Virus record (IMG/VR): IMGVR_UViG_3300027734_000063
Reading direction: 5' to 3' (one strand)
DNA length: 20,000 nt
Source of the DNA: an uncultured virus (IMG/VR IMGVR_UViG_3300027734_000063)
Lineage: Duplodnaviria > Heunggongvirae > Uroviricota > Caudoviricetes
Part shown: in pieces, positions 1 to 8,610 of the stretch
Layout: the number at the start of each line of letters is the position of its first letter
Numbering within the stretch: position 1 is the first letter of the stretch
Translations under genes and position numbers: made by a program
Notes under the pieces: model-generated
Database searches by the model: none
Told to the model about the DNA's origin: nothing
Seen by the model: only the letters and a program-made list of their open reading frames with translations

Positions 1-1403
1 TAAGTGTATCCACCAGCAGAAGTAACTGTACCGCCAGTACCACGTTGTGCGCCTGAGTAGCGAATAATAACAATTCCAGAACCTCCATTACCGTTTGTTC
101 CGCTTGAGTTCATGCCAGCACCGCCGCCTCCACCGCCTGTATTAGCAGTTGCGTTTGAACCAAGTGATCCAGTTCCAGCACCATTACCGCCACCACCAGC
201 ACCACCTGTTCCAAAATTACTTGTTGTGTTATATAGACCGCCGCCTCCGCCACCAGCGTAGTAAGTTCCAAGAGACTGCCAATTTAAACCATTGCCCCCG
301 CTACCAGCAACAGAAGTAGTCGCATTTCCACCAGCAGCGGCAGCGCCACCACCTCCACCTGCTGGATAATTTCCACCTGATTGACCATTACCGCCAGTGT
401 TACCTTGTCCAGAAGTTCCAGCTCCACCCAACCCGCTATAGCCAGAACCACCGCCGCCAGAGCCACCAGAACCACCATTAAATGTATTACTTCCATTACC
501 ACCGCCACCGCCACCAATTGCAGTGGAAGAAGAAAAAACAGAACTTGTTCCTTGAGAGCCATTTGTTGGTGATCCAGATGAACTACCGCCAGCGCCACCA
601 GCGCCTACAGTTACTGTATAAGCTGTCCCTCCCGCCGCTGTATATGTAGTCGCAATATACCCACCAGCTCCGCCGCCGCCGCCTCCAACATAGCCACCTG
701 AACTATATGTTCCGCCACCACCGCCACCACCAGCTACAACCAAATAATCAATAGCATAAGGAGCGCTATCAGCAAAATTAACCCAAGTTGTATACGTTGC
801 GTTATACCATTCTGGATTACCAGTTGTTGTATTAAACCTCATCATTCCAGCAGCTGGTGTGCCAGGTCTTTCAGCAGTTGTACCAACAGGAATAGTTAAT
901 GCAGTAGTACCGTAAATCTTAGCGCCACCAGCGTAATACAAGTCCATCATTGCAGAACGGCTAGACGAACCACCATGATAGAAAATCATGTCATCTAATG
1001 GACCTGTAGTCAAACGAGCTGCACCTGTAACGTAATCAACAATAACTCCATCAATATAAGAGTTACCAAAGTCACCAGTGGCTAAGTAACCACCAGATGC
1101 AGTAATGTCACCAATAACGGATGGGTCTTGAGAGATAGCAGCGTAAGTAGTAATAAGGCTAGTGTACTCAACCCAGATGTTGTTTGTGCCAGATAGCGGA
1201 GCAGATGTAAACGTAATTGCATTACCAGATACAGTAAAAGCTGTGCTTGGGTTCTGAATGACGTTATCAATAGCGCAAATGATCTGCGCCACAGAAGCTA
1301 TGTTACGAGACAGAGTAAAAGTTACAGTTACGCCATTACCGCTAAAGTAATCAATAGCTGGGGCAAAGCCCTGATTCTGAACTGTATTACCGATGTATGG
1401 CAT
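1..1403 (-). CDS. Glycine-rich tail fibre / receptor-binding-like virion protein (3' end runs off window; absent from ORF track)
   Basis: Hand translation from ATG at 1403 stays open for 467 codons to the edge: MPYIGNTVQNQGFAPAIDYFSGNGVTVTFTLS..., IPVGTTAERP..GMMRFNTTT, then YLVVAGGGGGG...GGSGIVIIRY...GGTVTSAGGYT, typical of phage Gly-rich fibre domains. Starts 1 nt after the stop of 1405..1731. Confidence 0.85.
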   Translation of the reverse strand, partial: MPYIGNTVQNQGFAPAIDYFSGNGVTVTFTLSRNIASVAQIICAIDNVIQNPSTAFTVSGNAITFTSAPLSGTNNIWVEYTSLITTYAAISQDPSVIGDITASGGYLATGDFGNSYIDGVIVDYVTGAARLTTGPLDDMIFYHGGSSSRSAMMDLYYAGGAKIYGTTALTIPVGTTAERPGTPAAGMMRFNTTTGNPEWYNATYTTWVNFADSAPYAIDYLVVAGGGGGGGTYSSGGYVGGGGGGAGGYIATTYTAAGGTAYTVTVGAGGAGGSSSGSPTNGSQGTSSVFSSSTAIGGGGGGNGSNTFNGGSGGSGGGGSGYSGLGGAGTSGQGNTGGNGQSGGNYPAGGGGGAAAAGGNATTSVAGSGGNGLNWQSLGTYYAGGGGGGLYNTTSNFGTGGAGGGGNGAGTGSLGSNATANTGGGGGGAGMNSSGTNGNGGSGIVIIRYSGAQRGTGGTVTSAGGYT

Positions 1404-1404
1404 A

Positions 1405-1731
1405 TTAGGTCGCAGTCAAAGCAGAAACAAACGCATCACAAGAAGAAGCTGTACTAGAAACAACAGTTAGTGAATCGCTAGTTTTCATTACAACACGGTT
1501 GCCTTGAATTGCTTCAAGTGAGCCACCTACAGGCACAGTAGCTTGATAGACCAAATAGTAGTTCACAGAGCTACGGGTAATGTAGGCACTAACTGTAATT
1601 GGGCTTGCACCTGTGTTTGCCAAGATAAGGCTTGATACCGCAACAGTACCAGAAGCAATCGAAGAAATAGCAGTTGAGCCAGACGTGCTGACGTTCTTTA
1701 CCGCATACGAGTTATTTGAATAAGTTGCCAT
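1405..1731 (-). CDS. Small beta-rich virion/tail-associated protein
   Basis: 108 aa, Ser/Thr/Val-rich, tightly packed in the tail gene run. Confidence 0.7.
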   Translation of the reverse strand: MATYSNNSYAVKNVSTSGSTAISSIASGTVAVSSLILANTGASPITVSAYITRSSVNYYLVYQATVPVGGSLEAIQGNRVVMKTSDSLTVVSSTASSCDAFVSALTAT

Positions 1732-1732
1732 A

Positions 1733-2311
1733 TTAGCCCATCATAAAGGATAAGAAGTACGCATCGTCTGCCGTTGCTGCCGTATTTGCTGACCAGACTG
1801 GAGCTGTACCGTTTGATGTAAGGACATACCCGTTGGTTCCAATACCCAGTTTAGACAGCGCAGTACCAGTAGCATAATAGGGTAGATCACCAGCAGTATA
1901 GGAAGTAAGCCCAGTACCACCATAAGCCGTAGTAATTGCAGTAGCATTCCAAACTCCCGAAGCAATAGTCCCAAGCGGAGACACGTTACCAGAAGCATCC
2001 TCATATACAGACTGCGAAGACGGATAAGTAATAAATACGTTTTGCGTACCAGTACTAAAATTAACTGTAGAACCAGAGTTGCTAGAAGATAAAACAGTAT
2101 TACGAACCAGCTGGTTTGGAGAAGTAAAAGTCCCAAGACCCACTTCCCAGTTTGCGCCACCTAGATCAGCAATTGTGTAATAAGTTGTAGAGCCTGATGT
2201 TAATGCTGTATTAAAAGACTGATAGCCAAGCGAAGCGCCCAGCAAGGTAACAGTACCCGTGCCAGGAGCCGAGGCGGTTTCTAGTACCCTATCTCTTAAC
2301 TGGAGAGCCAT
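1733..2311 (-). CDS. Tail-associated/fibre-anchoring structural protein
   Basis: 192 aa; N-terminus LRDRVLETASAPGTG...WEVGLGT; fibre-type repeat YGGTGLTSYTAGDL..LGIGTNGYVLTSNGTAPVW; AGGAG RBS upstream. Confidence 0.75.
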   Translation of the reverse strand: MALQLRDRVLETASAPGTGTVTLLGASLGYQSFNTALTSGSTTYYTIADLGGANWEVGLGTFTSPNQLVRNTVLSSSNSGSTVNFSTGTQNVFITYPSSQSVYEDASGNVSPLGTIASGVWNATAITTAYGGTGLTSYTAGDLPYYATGTALSKLGIGTNGYVLTSNGTAPVWSANTAATADDAYFLSFMMG

Positions 2312-2321
2312 TTAAAGCTCC

Positions 2322-2915
2322 TTAGCCAGCAGCCGACAGCGTGTAAGTCACATTTATTGTATCGCCAGACGTTACAGTCTTAGAACCAGCCGTAAATGCA
2401 CCAATACTGAACAAAACGCCTGTTGTGCTATCAATGGTAGTTGAACCACCTACGTTAATAAATGCGCCGTATACAGTTCCAGAACCAGTCATGCTAAACA
2501 CCACCGCAGCGCTGGTTGACAAAACGGAAGGATTCGCTGTCGTTGATGCTGAGAAACTTGGAGTTTTACGGGTTCCAGAGTAGGTTGGGGCATTAGCACC
2601 GCCAACTTCGTACCAACCAGCATGGCTAGACTGAGTATCAGCATAAGCTGGAGTAAACGTACTAGAGCCATTTGCGCCTCCTAGACCCATAACAATTGCA
2701 CCACCGCCAGTATTACCAAAGTAAGAATTCATTAAATTGGCACGACCTACGTTGGTAGTTAAGTTTTTAATGGTATCTGACCATTTTTCATTGCCGTCTG
2801 CATCAAAGCAGGTAGCAACGTATACACCTTCTAGACCAACAGTTTCAACAGAACCACCGCCAAAGGAGGCTGATCCACCAAAGTTATCGGACATTTTTGT
2901 TATTTCTGCACTCAT
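2322..2915 (-). CDS. Tail-associated structural protein
   Basis: 197 aa, Gly/Thr/Ser-rich beta protein ending VTSGDTINVTYTLS; AGGAG RBS. Confidence 0.7.
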   Translation of the reverse strand: MSAEITKMSDNFGGSASFGGGSVETVGLEGVYVATCFDADGNEKWSDTIKNLTTNVGRANLMNSYFGNTGGGAIVMGLGGANGSSTFTPAYADTQSSHAGWYEVGGANAPTYSGTRKTPSFSASTTANPSVLSTSAAVVFSMTGSGTVYGAFINVGGSTTIDSTTGVLFSIGAFTAGSKTVTSGDTINVTYTLSAAG

Positions 2916-2923
2916 AATTACTC

Positions 2924-3349
2924 CTATTGGCTAAATCTGATAATGGCACTTGTTGCGTTTGCCGTTGGAAAAGTTATCGTAAAGGTGTTAGTTGTTGTTT
3001 TATCTGACCCAAAATCTAAAACAGCTACAGCGGCACTTGTCGTACTATTGTAGATTAAAGCACCCCTACAAGTAAAGGAAGCACCAGTCCAAGTGGATGG
3101 TGCAAACGATACATAAGCGGTCTGATCGCTACTAGCTGGAGGGATAACAACTAAGGTATTTCCACCTGCTGTATACCCTGTTCCCGTGATTTCATTGGTA
3201 GCTGAATATGTTAATGTTTCATAAGAAAGATTAGCGTTAGCGGTGTACAGAGCAATCTTGTAAACATAGGTTGTTCCTACTGCAAAGTTTTCTAATCCAC
3301 TTAAGCAGTTCTTTTTAAAGACTGTGCATTGACCTTGCTGAATAGTCAT
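2924..3349 (-). CDS. Tail-associated structural protein
   Basis: 141 aa; YKIALYT..TNEITGTGYTAGG..RGALIYN..AVLDFGSDKT motif pattern common in phage virion proteins; start overlaps the upstream stop. Confidence 0.75.
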   Translation of the reverse strand: MTIQQGQCTVFKKNCLSGLENFAVGTTYVYKIALYTANANLSYETLTYSATNEITGTGYTAGGNTLVVIPPASSDQTAYVSFAPSTWTGASFTCRGALIYNSTTSAAVAVLDFGSDKTTTNTFTITFPTANATSAIIRFSQ

Positions 3350-4284
3350 TAGGAGCGCCTTCCGCTAACGTCTAATTTAAGCTGACCATCACGATACGCA
3401 TCGCCACGCTCAAGACCATCGCCAAGACGTTTGGCTTGTCCAACAGCCTCTTGGTACTTATCTTCGTAATATTTAATTAAATCTTGTTCGCCCTTCATAA
3501 AAAGCATGGCTTCCCGCATTGCACCATAGAACAAGATTGGGTCATAGTTATCACCAAGCCAGCTTGTGCCGTCATCGTTGGTAACGTCAGACACAGTAAT
3601 AGAGAATCCAGCACCAGTACCAGCGCCAATTGAAGCAGCTGAAATACTTAAGATGTCTCCAACAACATAGAAACTACCAGGATTGGTAATCGTAACTCCA
3701 GTAATAACTTGATTAACCACGGTAATCGTAGCCGTAGCTCCAGTTCCAGAGCCTCCAGTAAGGGCTACATTGCTGTATACGCCTGTGGTATATAGTGCGC
3801 CCCCTACCAGGGTTGTGTAAGTTGATACACCGCCTTGTACGATAGATGCTGGGTAGAAGAAGTAATGCAGTTCTACCGTGTAATTAGCATCTGGGGTTGG
3901 TCCCATAATGGCTGAAAGCTCATTAGAAAGCGTGTATTGTGGACCAAATAGTGCGTAATATTTAGGCAATCCGTTGTAAGCTGCGTTGGTATTTGGGTAA
4001 GCCTCACGAATAAAGTTAACATCTTTGTTAAGCAAGTAAGTGTAGTTATTGCTTGCATCTACTACTGCCAATGAATAAGTAGACAAAAAGTCTAATGGCA
4101 GAGAAAGATACTTGTTTCCAGATGTCAATGTACCAGTTACGTTTCTTCTTAAAGCAGGAAATTGCACCGTGTTATAGATGCGCTCCTCTGCTTGCATAAC
4201 AAACGTAGGAATATTCTCCAAAAATAGCGATTCAGTATTCTCAGAATAGTCCTGTATTGCCTGGTACAACTGTACATAATTCAT
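3349..4284 (-). CDS. Head-tail adaptor/connector-like protein with inserted beta domain
   Basis: 311 aa; MNYVQLYQAIQDY..FVMQAEERIY helical N-terminus, GLPKYYA, GPTPDANYTVELHYFFYP, helical C-terminus; adaptor-like architecture. Confidence 0.6.
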   Translation of the reverse strand: MNYVQLYQAIQDYSENTESLFLENIPTFVMQAEERIYNTVQFPALRRNVTGTLTSGNKYLSLPLDFLSTYSLAVVDASNNYTYLLNKDVNFIREAYPNTNAAYNGLPKYYALFGPQYTLSNELSAIMGPTPDANYTVELHYFFYPASIVQGGVSTYTTLVGGALYTTGVYSNVALTGGSGTGATATITVVNQVITGVTITNPGSFYVVGDILSISAASIGAGTGAGFSITVSDVTNDDGTSWLGDNYDPILFYGAMREAMLFMKGEQDLIKYYEDKYQEAVGQAKRLGDGLERGDAYRDGQLKLDVSGRRS

Positions 4285-4286
4285 GT

Positions 4287-4622
4287 TTAGCCCATTTTGC
4301 CGCTAATTTTACGACCTTTGGTAGCAGCTCCATAACCACGCATTTCACCAACACCGCATTGGTTTTCTTTGGGGTAGTTGCCTTTGCTTACGCCACCTAC
4401 AGAAATATTGTTTTTTTCTAAACCATTACCAGCCATAGCTACAGATTCATGCTCTGTGCCGTTTGGGTTAGGCATTGGTTGTTTGTAAATACCAATGTCT
4501 TTACCACCGCCAGATGGATATTTAAACCCTGTATAAGCACTAGCTGGTTTGTTTTCTTTGGCATGACCTAAAGCCATAAAACCGTTTTTGGTTTCTGTTT
4601 TTGGAAAATCGTTCTTAGCCAT
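4287..4622 (-). CDS. Small basic Lys/Gly-rich hypothetical protein
   Basis: 111 aa ending MRGYGAATKGRKISGKMG; packed in the operon. Confidence 0.75.
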   Translation of the reverse strand: MAKNDFPKTETKNGFMALGHAKENKPASAYTGFKYPSGGGKDIGIYKQPMPNPNGTEHESVAMAGNGLEKNNISVGGVSKGNYPKENQCGVGEMRGYGAATKGRKISGKMG

Positions 4623-4624
4623 AA

Positions 4625-4822
4625 TTATCGACCTCTTCCTGCTGATTTCTGGAGCATTGCACGAGCCATGTTACGACCTACAGCTCTAGCTTTCATGCCT
4701 GTAATGCCACCAGTTTTTTTGCCACCATGTTGAATTGGGGCGGTTGGACCGCTATCACCAAGGTTTGTACCCTTAGTTTTGCCTTTAGATTCAATACCGT
4801 TTGCGCCTTTTTTGAATGACAT
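4625..4822 (-). CDS. Small basic hypothetical protein
   Basis: 65 aa; AAGGAG RBS; ANGIESKGKTKG motif shared with 6586..7002 and 7003..7623. Confidence 0.75.
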   Translation of the reverse strand: MSFKKGANGIESKGKTKGTNLGDSGPTAPIQHGGKKTGGITGMKARAVGRNMARAMLQKSAGRGR

Positions 4823-4832
4823 AATTAACTCC

Positions 4833-5261
4833 TTAAGTTACTGTTATCGTTACTGTACCGACTTGTCCTACTGCAATCAAGTAATTTGGAGTTAAAACGC
4901 TATCAAATTGACTTGCACCGCCAACAGGACCCCAGCCCCATTGAAAGACTCTACTACCACCCTCTTGATAACCGTTTTGGCTTGTACTAACACCGTTACC
5001 ATTTTGGGTCTGTAAACCACTCTGTCCAGAAGCGTAATAACTAGTATCAGGTCTTGGCTCCCGTACTGCCTGGGGGTCATTAACTGGATACATACCCAAT
5101 TGCAACTGAGGCTGATCTGGTTCCCAGCACTCTGGACATACTTTAATACTGACCTGCTTAGTTTTAATAGTCAGCTTTTTAAGCTGGACTAACTTAAACC
5201 GTTGACCACATCTGTCACATTCGGCAATTGAATACTTGCCAGAAGCAAAATTTGATGGCAT
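4833..5261 (-). CDS. Zinc-finger (CxxC...CxxC) hypothetical protein in the structural operon
   Basis: AECDRCG ... VCPECWE in a 142 aa ORF. Confidence 0.7.
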   Translation of the reverse strand: MPSNFASGKYSIAECDRCGQRFKLVQLKKLTIKTKQVSIKVCPECWEPDQPQLQLGMYPVNDPQAVREPRPDTSYYASGQSGLQTQNGNGVSTSQNGYQEGGSRVFQWGWGPVGGASQFDSVLTPNYLIAVGQVGTVTITVT

Positions 5262-5264
5262 TAC

Positions 5265-6227
5265 TTACCTTGCATAAAACAGATTGCGAGGAACCCAGCG
5301 AACTGGAGCAGTTTCTCTATCTTCTTGCGCTGCAAGATCAAACTGTTCTTCGTAATCGCTTTTAAGGAACATTACCCGTTCTGATGTCATTCCCTGCAAT
5401 TTAACGCTTAAAAAGTAAGCTAAACCAGCTGCCATGCAGTTAATAAAGCGAAATGGCACATCTTGAATGTTTACGCCAGTACCAGCATCTTGCACCCTAC
5501 GCATACGCCAGTAGACCAATGTGTATGGACCACCGCCTGAATCGGGGGTAGGCCAGAGATTTACGCATGGTAAATATTGGATGGTAATGTACTTGTAGTT
5601 TGGAGGAGTGCCAATTGTGTGAGCAGCTGCGGTAGTACCGTTTTGACCACGCCAGCAGTTAGTAAGCACGTTGCCTACTAAGTTTGTGTAAGCAATAGTT
5701 TCATTATCAATCTTAATAAAACCAGTAGACCTAATGTTTACTACCGACCCGTCAGTAGTAGCCAAAGTAATTGAGGTGTCTGTGGCGCTAATGTTAGCTG
5801 CCAAATAAATAGTATTTGACACATCATCGTTACCAGACTGGCGGTTGTAATAGACTTGTACAGGTCTGCCTGTGGTCAGTTTATTAGGAATAGTAGCGTA
5901 AGTAGACTCAGATATACGAGACAAATTAATGTCAGTTTGATTAGATGTACTTGCATTACTTGTCCGTGTTTCTAAATCTAAAATATCAATAGTGTCAGCA
6001 GGAATGGCATAAACACCTTGACCAGTAACCAAAGGAATAGATACTTCTTCTACAGTCCAAAGGTTAATACCACGGTTAGCCCATTCAATGCTCATTAAAT
6101 TTAAAGACCGTCTAGCAGTCTTTAAATCATATCCAGAACGCATCTGCGAACCACAGCGCTCAAACGCTTCCTCGACTAGCTCGGTAAGGTCTAGGTTAAA
6201 TACTGTTGTTCCAGAAGTGTATGCCAT
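5265..6227 (-). CDS. Head-tail adaptor / tail tubular-like protein with inserted beta domain
   Basis: 320 aa; LVEEAFERCG..ARRSLNLMSIEWANRGINLW, GRPVQVYY, LWPTPD, helical C-terminus; podovirus adaptor-like pattern. Confidence 0.6.
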   Translation of the reverse strand: MAYTSGTTVFNLDLTELVEEAFERCGSQMRSGYDLKTARRSLNLMSIEWANRGINLWTVEEVSIPLVTGQGVYAIPADTIDILDLETRTSNASTSNQTDINLSRISESTYATIPNKLTTGRPVQVYYNRQSGNDDVSNTIYLAANISATDTSITLATTDGSVVNIRSTGFIKIDNETIAYTNLVGNVLTNCWRGQNGTTAAAHTIGTPPNYKYITIQYLPCVNLWPTPDSGGGPYTLVYWRMRRVQDAGTGVNIQDVPFRFINCMAAGLAYFLSVKLQGMTSERVMFLKSDYEEQFDLAAQEDRETAPVRWVPRNLFYAR

Positions 6228-6589
6228 TATTTTTTCGCAGTTTTAGCAGATTTAATAAAGTCCGCTTTAGTAGGCGCACCTTTAGACCCAGGCTTACGCA
6301 TCTTTTCACCAGAGCCAGCTTTAATACGAGCTTGCTTTTTATGAATATTTTCATACAAACCACCCTTGGCAAACATATCGGCAGCGGTTAATTTTCCTGG
6401 TTTAGCTAACATTCCTTTAACAATAGGAGCCATGCTTCCAGGCACTTTGGATACTTGGATAGGGCCAGAGTGTTTAATCTTTCCACCTTTGGCAAATTGA
6501 GTAAAGTCGGTATCATCCCTACGGGCTTTTTTAATTCCCTTAGGCATTTTGGAAGGGGATATATCACCCATACCACGAGAAGCTCTCAT
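6227..6589 (-). CDS. Highly basic protein with two FAKGG motifs (putative virion core protein)
   Basis: 120 aa, Lys-rich; ATGA overlap with the upstream gene. Confidence 0.75.
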   Translation of the reverse strand: MRASRGMGDISPSKMPKGIKKARRDDTDFTQFAKGGKIKHSGPIQVSKVPGSMAPIVKGMLAKPGKLTAADMFAKGGLYENIHKKQARIKAGSGEKMRKPGSKGAPTKADFIKSAKTAKK

Positions 6590-7002
6590 ATCATTCTTCC
6601 TCTTGTTTTGCCTTTAACACAACATCCATCAGCTCTTTTAGAGGCAGCAGATACTTTGCCACCTTTTTTGTATGTTGGGTCTGGTTTATTACCAATACCT
6701 TTCATAAATTTCATGTCTGTAGCGCCACCTGCTCCACCGCCACTACCGCCACCGCTAGGTTTAGGTAGTCTGCCCATATCTTGCAGTCTTTCGGCATAAG
6801 TGCGTGGGCTTTCAGCTTTAACTTTTGCTCTTTGCTCTTCTGCCATTTTATGTGCATCAGCTTTGGCTTTTTCGTTTTCTTGTTTCACTTTTTCCGCTGC
6901 TTTATCGTAATCGCTAAGACCAAACTTTTCCTTGGGAGGAGTATATTTCTCGTTCCCATTACCGCCAGCTTTTTTAGAAGGATCTATAGGATCAATTGGC
7001 AT
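6586..7002 (-). CDS. Basic protein with YKKGG and RADGxxxKGKTRG motifs
   Basis: 138 aa; abuts the upstream gene. Confidence 0.75.
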   Translation of the reverse strand: MPIDPIDPSKKAGGNGNEKYTPPKEKFGLSDYDKAAEKVKQENEKAKADAHKMAEEQRAKVKAESPRTYAERLQDMGRLPKPSGGGSGGGAGGATDMKFMKGIGNKPDPTYKKGGKVSAASKRADGCCVKGKTRGRMI

Positions 7003-7623
7003 TTAGCACATTCCACCAGATCTCATTTTAACTTGCTTACCTTTAGTAAGACCTTTTACAGCACATCCATTAGCTGATTTATGACCAGCTGCTAAACCGC
7101 CAGATGCCATCTTAATTATTTTAGCGCCATGTTTAGCTTGCTTTTGAACAGGATGATCGCCTTTAGGAGGAGTGCGACCACCACTTTTCATGCCCATGCC
7201 CATAGGGGCAGTAGGAGGAGCCATAGGAGCAGCCATAGGCGGTTTCATAGCTGGAGCAGCTGGAGTGCGCATAGCACGAGCAGCCATCATTGCCATTGCT
7301 GGGTTTACTGATTTCTTTTTCATATCCATACCACCTTTAGCTAGTTTTAAAGTTGTGCCTTTACCGCCTTTATGCTCTTGCATATCGTGCTGTCTAAAAG
7401 CTTTTTGAATCATTGCCTTATCTTGGGCTTTGTCCATTTTCATTTCTGATTTCTCAGAGTGCATTTCTTTTTTAGCCATTCCACCACTCCTAAATTTTTT
7501 GCCCTTATCGGCATCGTTAAACTCTTTACCCACGGATTGTGGAATACCTACTTTTTTAGCAAATGCCTTGTTATGGGCAACTGCTGCCATCAAATTGTGT
7601 TGCGCTTTAGATTTGCTTGGCAT
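7003..7623 (-). CDS. Lys/Met/Gly-rich low-complexity basic protein with five hydrophobic-x-x-GG motifs
   Basis: 206 aa; FRSGG, LAKGG, MKSGG, MASGG, MRSGG. Confidence 0.8.
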   Translation of the reverse strand: MPSKSKAQHNLMAAVAHNKAFAKKVGIPQSVGKEFNDADKGKKFRSGGMAKKEMHSEKSEMKMDKAQDKAMIQKAFRQHDMQEHKGGKGTTLKLAKGGMDMKKKSVNPAMAMMAARAMRTPAAPAMKPPMAAPMAPPTAPMGMGMKSGGRTPPKGDHPVQKQAKHGAKIIKMASGGLAAGHKSANGCAVKGLTKGKQVKMRSGGMC

Positions 7624-7626
7624 TAT

Positions 7627-7863
7627 TTACTTTTGAATAAGCTGGTCAATTTTGCCTTCAAGTTTGTTAAACCTTGAATCAATGTGTTCCATAATGCGAT
7701 CAACTTCTGCTTTAGTAACGTTATCACGGGCTACCTCTTCTCTTGTTTTGTTTAACAAAATACCAATACGACCAAGTTCTGCAAACTTCTCGTGCATGAT
7801 GTATCCAATTACTGCCATAAAAATGGTTAATCCACCAGTCCAAAGTTCCATCATATTTAGCAT
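7627..7863 (-). CDS. Small membrane-anchored coiled-coil protein (holin-like possibility)
   Basis: One hydrophobic segment LWTGGLTIFMAVIGYIM, then heptads ending FNKLEGKIDQLIQK; start codon uncertain (7869, 7863 or 7854). Confidence 0.65.
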   Translation of the reverse strand: MLNMMELWTGGLTIFMAVIGYIMHEKFAELGRIGILLNKTREEVARDNVTKAEVDRIMEHIDSRFNKLEGKIDQLIQK

Positions 7864-8114
7864 TTCCACCTCGCTAAAGAGGCAGCCTTTCTGGTGGGTC
7901 TGCCTTTTTCATCCTTCATTGGACCTGGCATCCCAGACATACGAGCGCAAAATGATTTCTTTCTAGATCCGCCTTCAGGCTGTGGAGCCTTTAGATTCGA
8001 GCCAGTAGCTGCATTATATTTAGCACGACCTTTGGCGGTAAGCCCAGCACCCTTAGATACAGGCAACTTTTCACCACGACCAATAGATAAAGAAGGGGTC
8101 TTTTTACTAGCCAT
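7857..8114 (-). CDS. Small basic phage protein (DUF6321-like)
   Basis: GLTAKGRAKYN..LKAPQ..RKKSFCARM..SLARWKC pattern recognised from phage proteins; family name from memory, not searched. Confidence 0.7.
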   Translation of the reverse strand: MASKKTPSLSIGRGEKLPVSKGAGLTAKGRAKYNAATGSNLKAPQPEGGSRKKSFCARMSGMPGPMKDEKGRPTRKAASLARWKC

Positions 8115-8601
8115 AGTACACCGTTGCAGTTACAGAAGATCCACATCCTACAAAAATACCATTAGGGCAAAAAATACCTTCACCTGGAATTAAAATAGGT
8201 AGACCAACTGAATTAAAAGTATCAATTTCTAGAGCAATACTGCTATACGCTGTGACATTACCGCTTGCTGAGGCAGTTACTCCAGTATCTACGCAAGTAA
8301 ACGTATCGTCACCTGTTACTGTAACTGCGTATGTGCCATCCCGTGCAGTGCCAGTTGTAAAGTCTAAAAATACTCGTTGCCCAGTAACAAAACCATGATT
8401 AACTATAGTTACTGTAATCGTAGCGCTAGGGCTTACCCGTGCGTATGTACCAGACTCTTGAACAGTTGGATCGCATACGGCAGTATTTCTTATGGATACA
8501 GTCCCGCTGGTTACCGTAATAGACTTTAATCTTACAGGTAGCTGTGTTACAAGCAGCCCAGTATTTTGTGCATGGGCAGATTTAACGTCATATTGTTGCA
8601 T
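8107..8601 (-). CDS. Virion structural protein, paralog B (FCCH-like beta insert)
   Basis: MQQYDVKS..RLK..NTAV..TVTIVNHG..LIPGEGI..VYYG; clear paralog of 8611..9099. Confidence 0.75.
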   Translation of the reverse strand: MQQYDVKSAHAQNTGLLVTQLPVRLKSITVTSGTVSIRNTAVCDPTVQESGTYARVSPSATITVTIVNHGFVTGQRVFLDFTTGTARDGTYAVTVTGDDTFTCVDTGVTASASGNVTAYSSIALEIDTFNSVGLPILIPGEGIFCPNGIFVGCGSSVTATVYYG

Positions 8602-8610
8602 AATCTATTC

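Noticed and set aside
284..1270. ORF-track entries 284..598, 381..572 and 1082..1270
   Set aside because: Out-of-frame or antisense shadows of the Gly-rich fibre gene at 1..1403.
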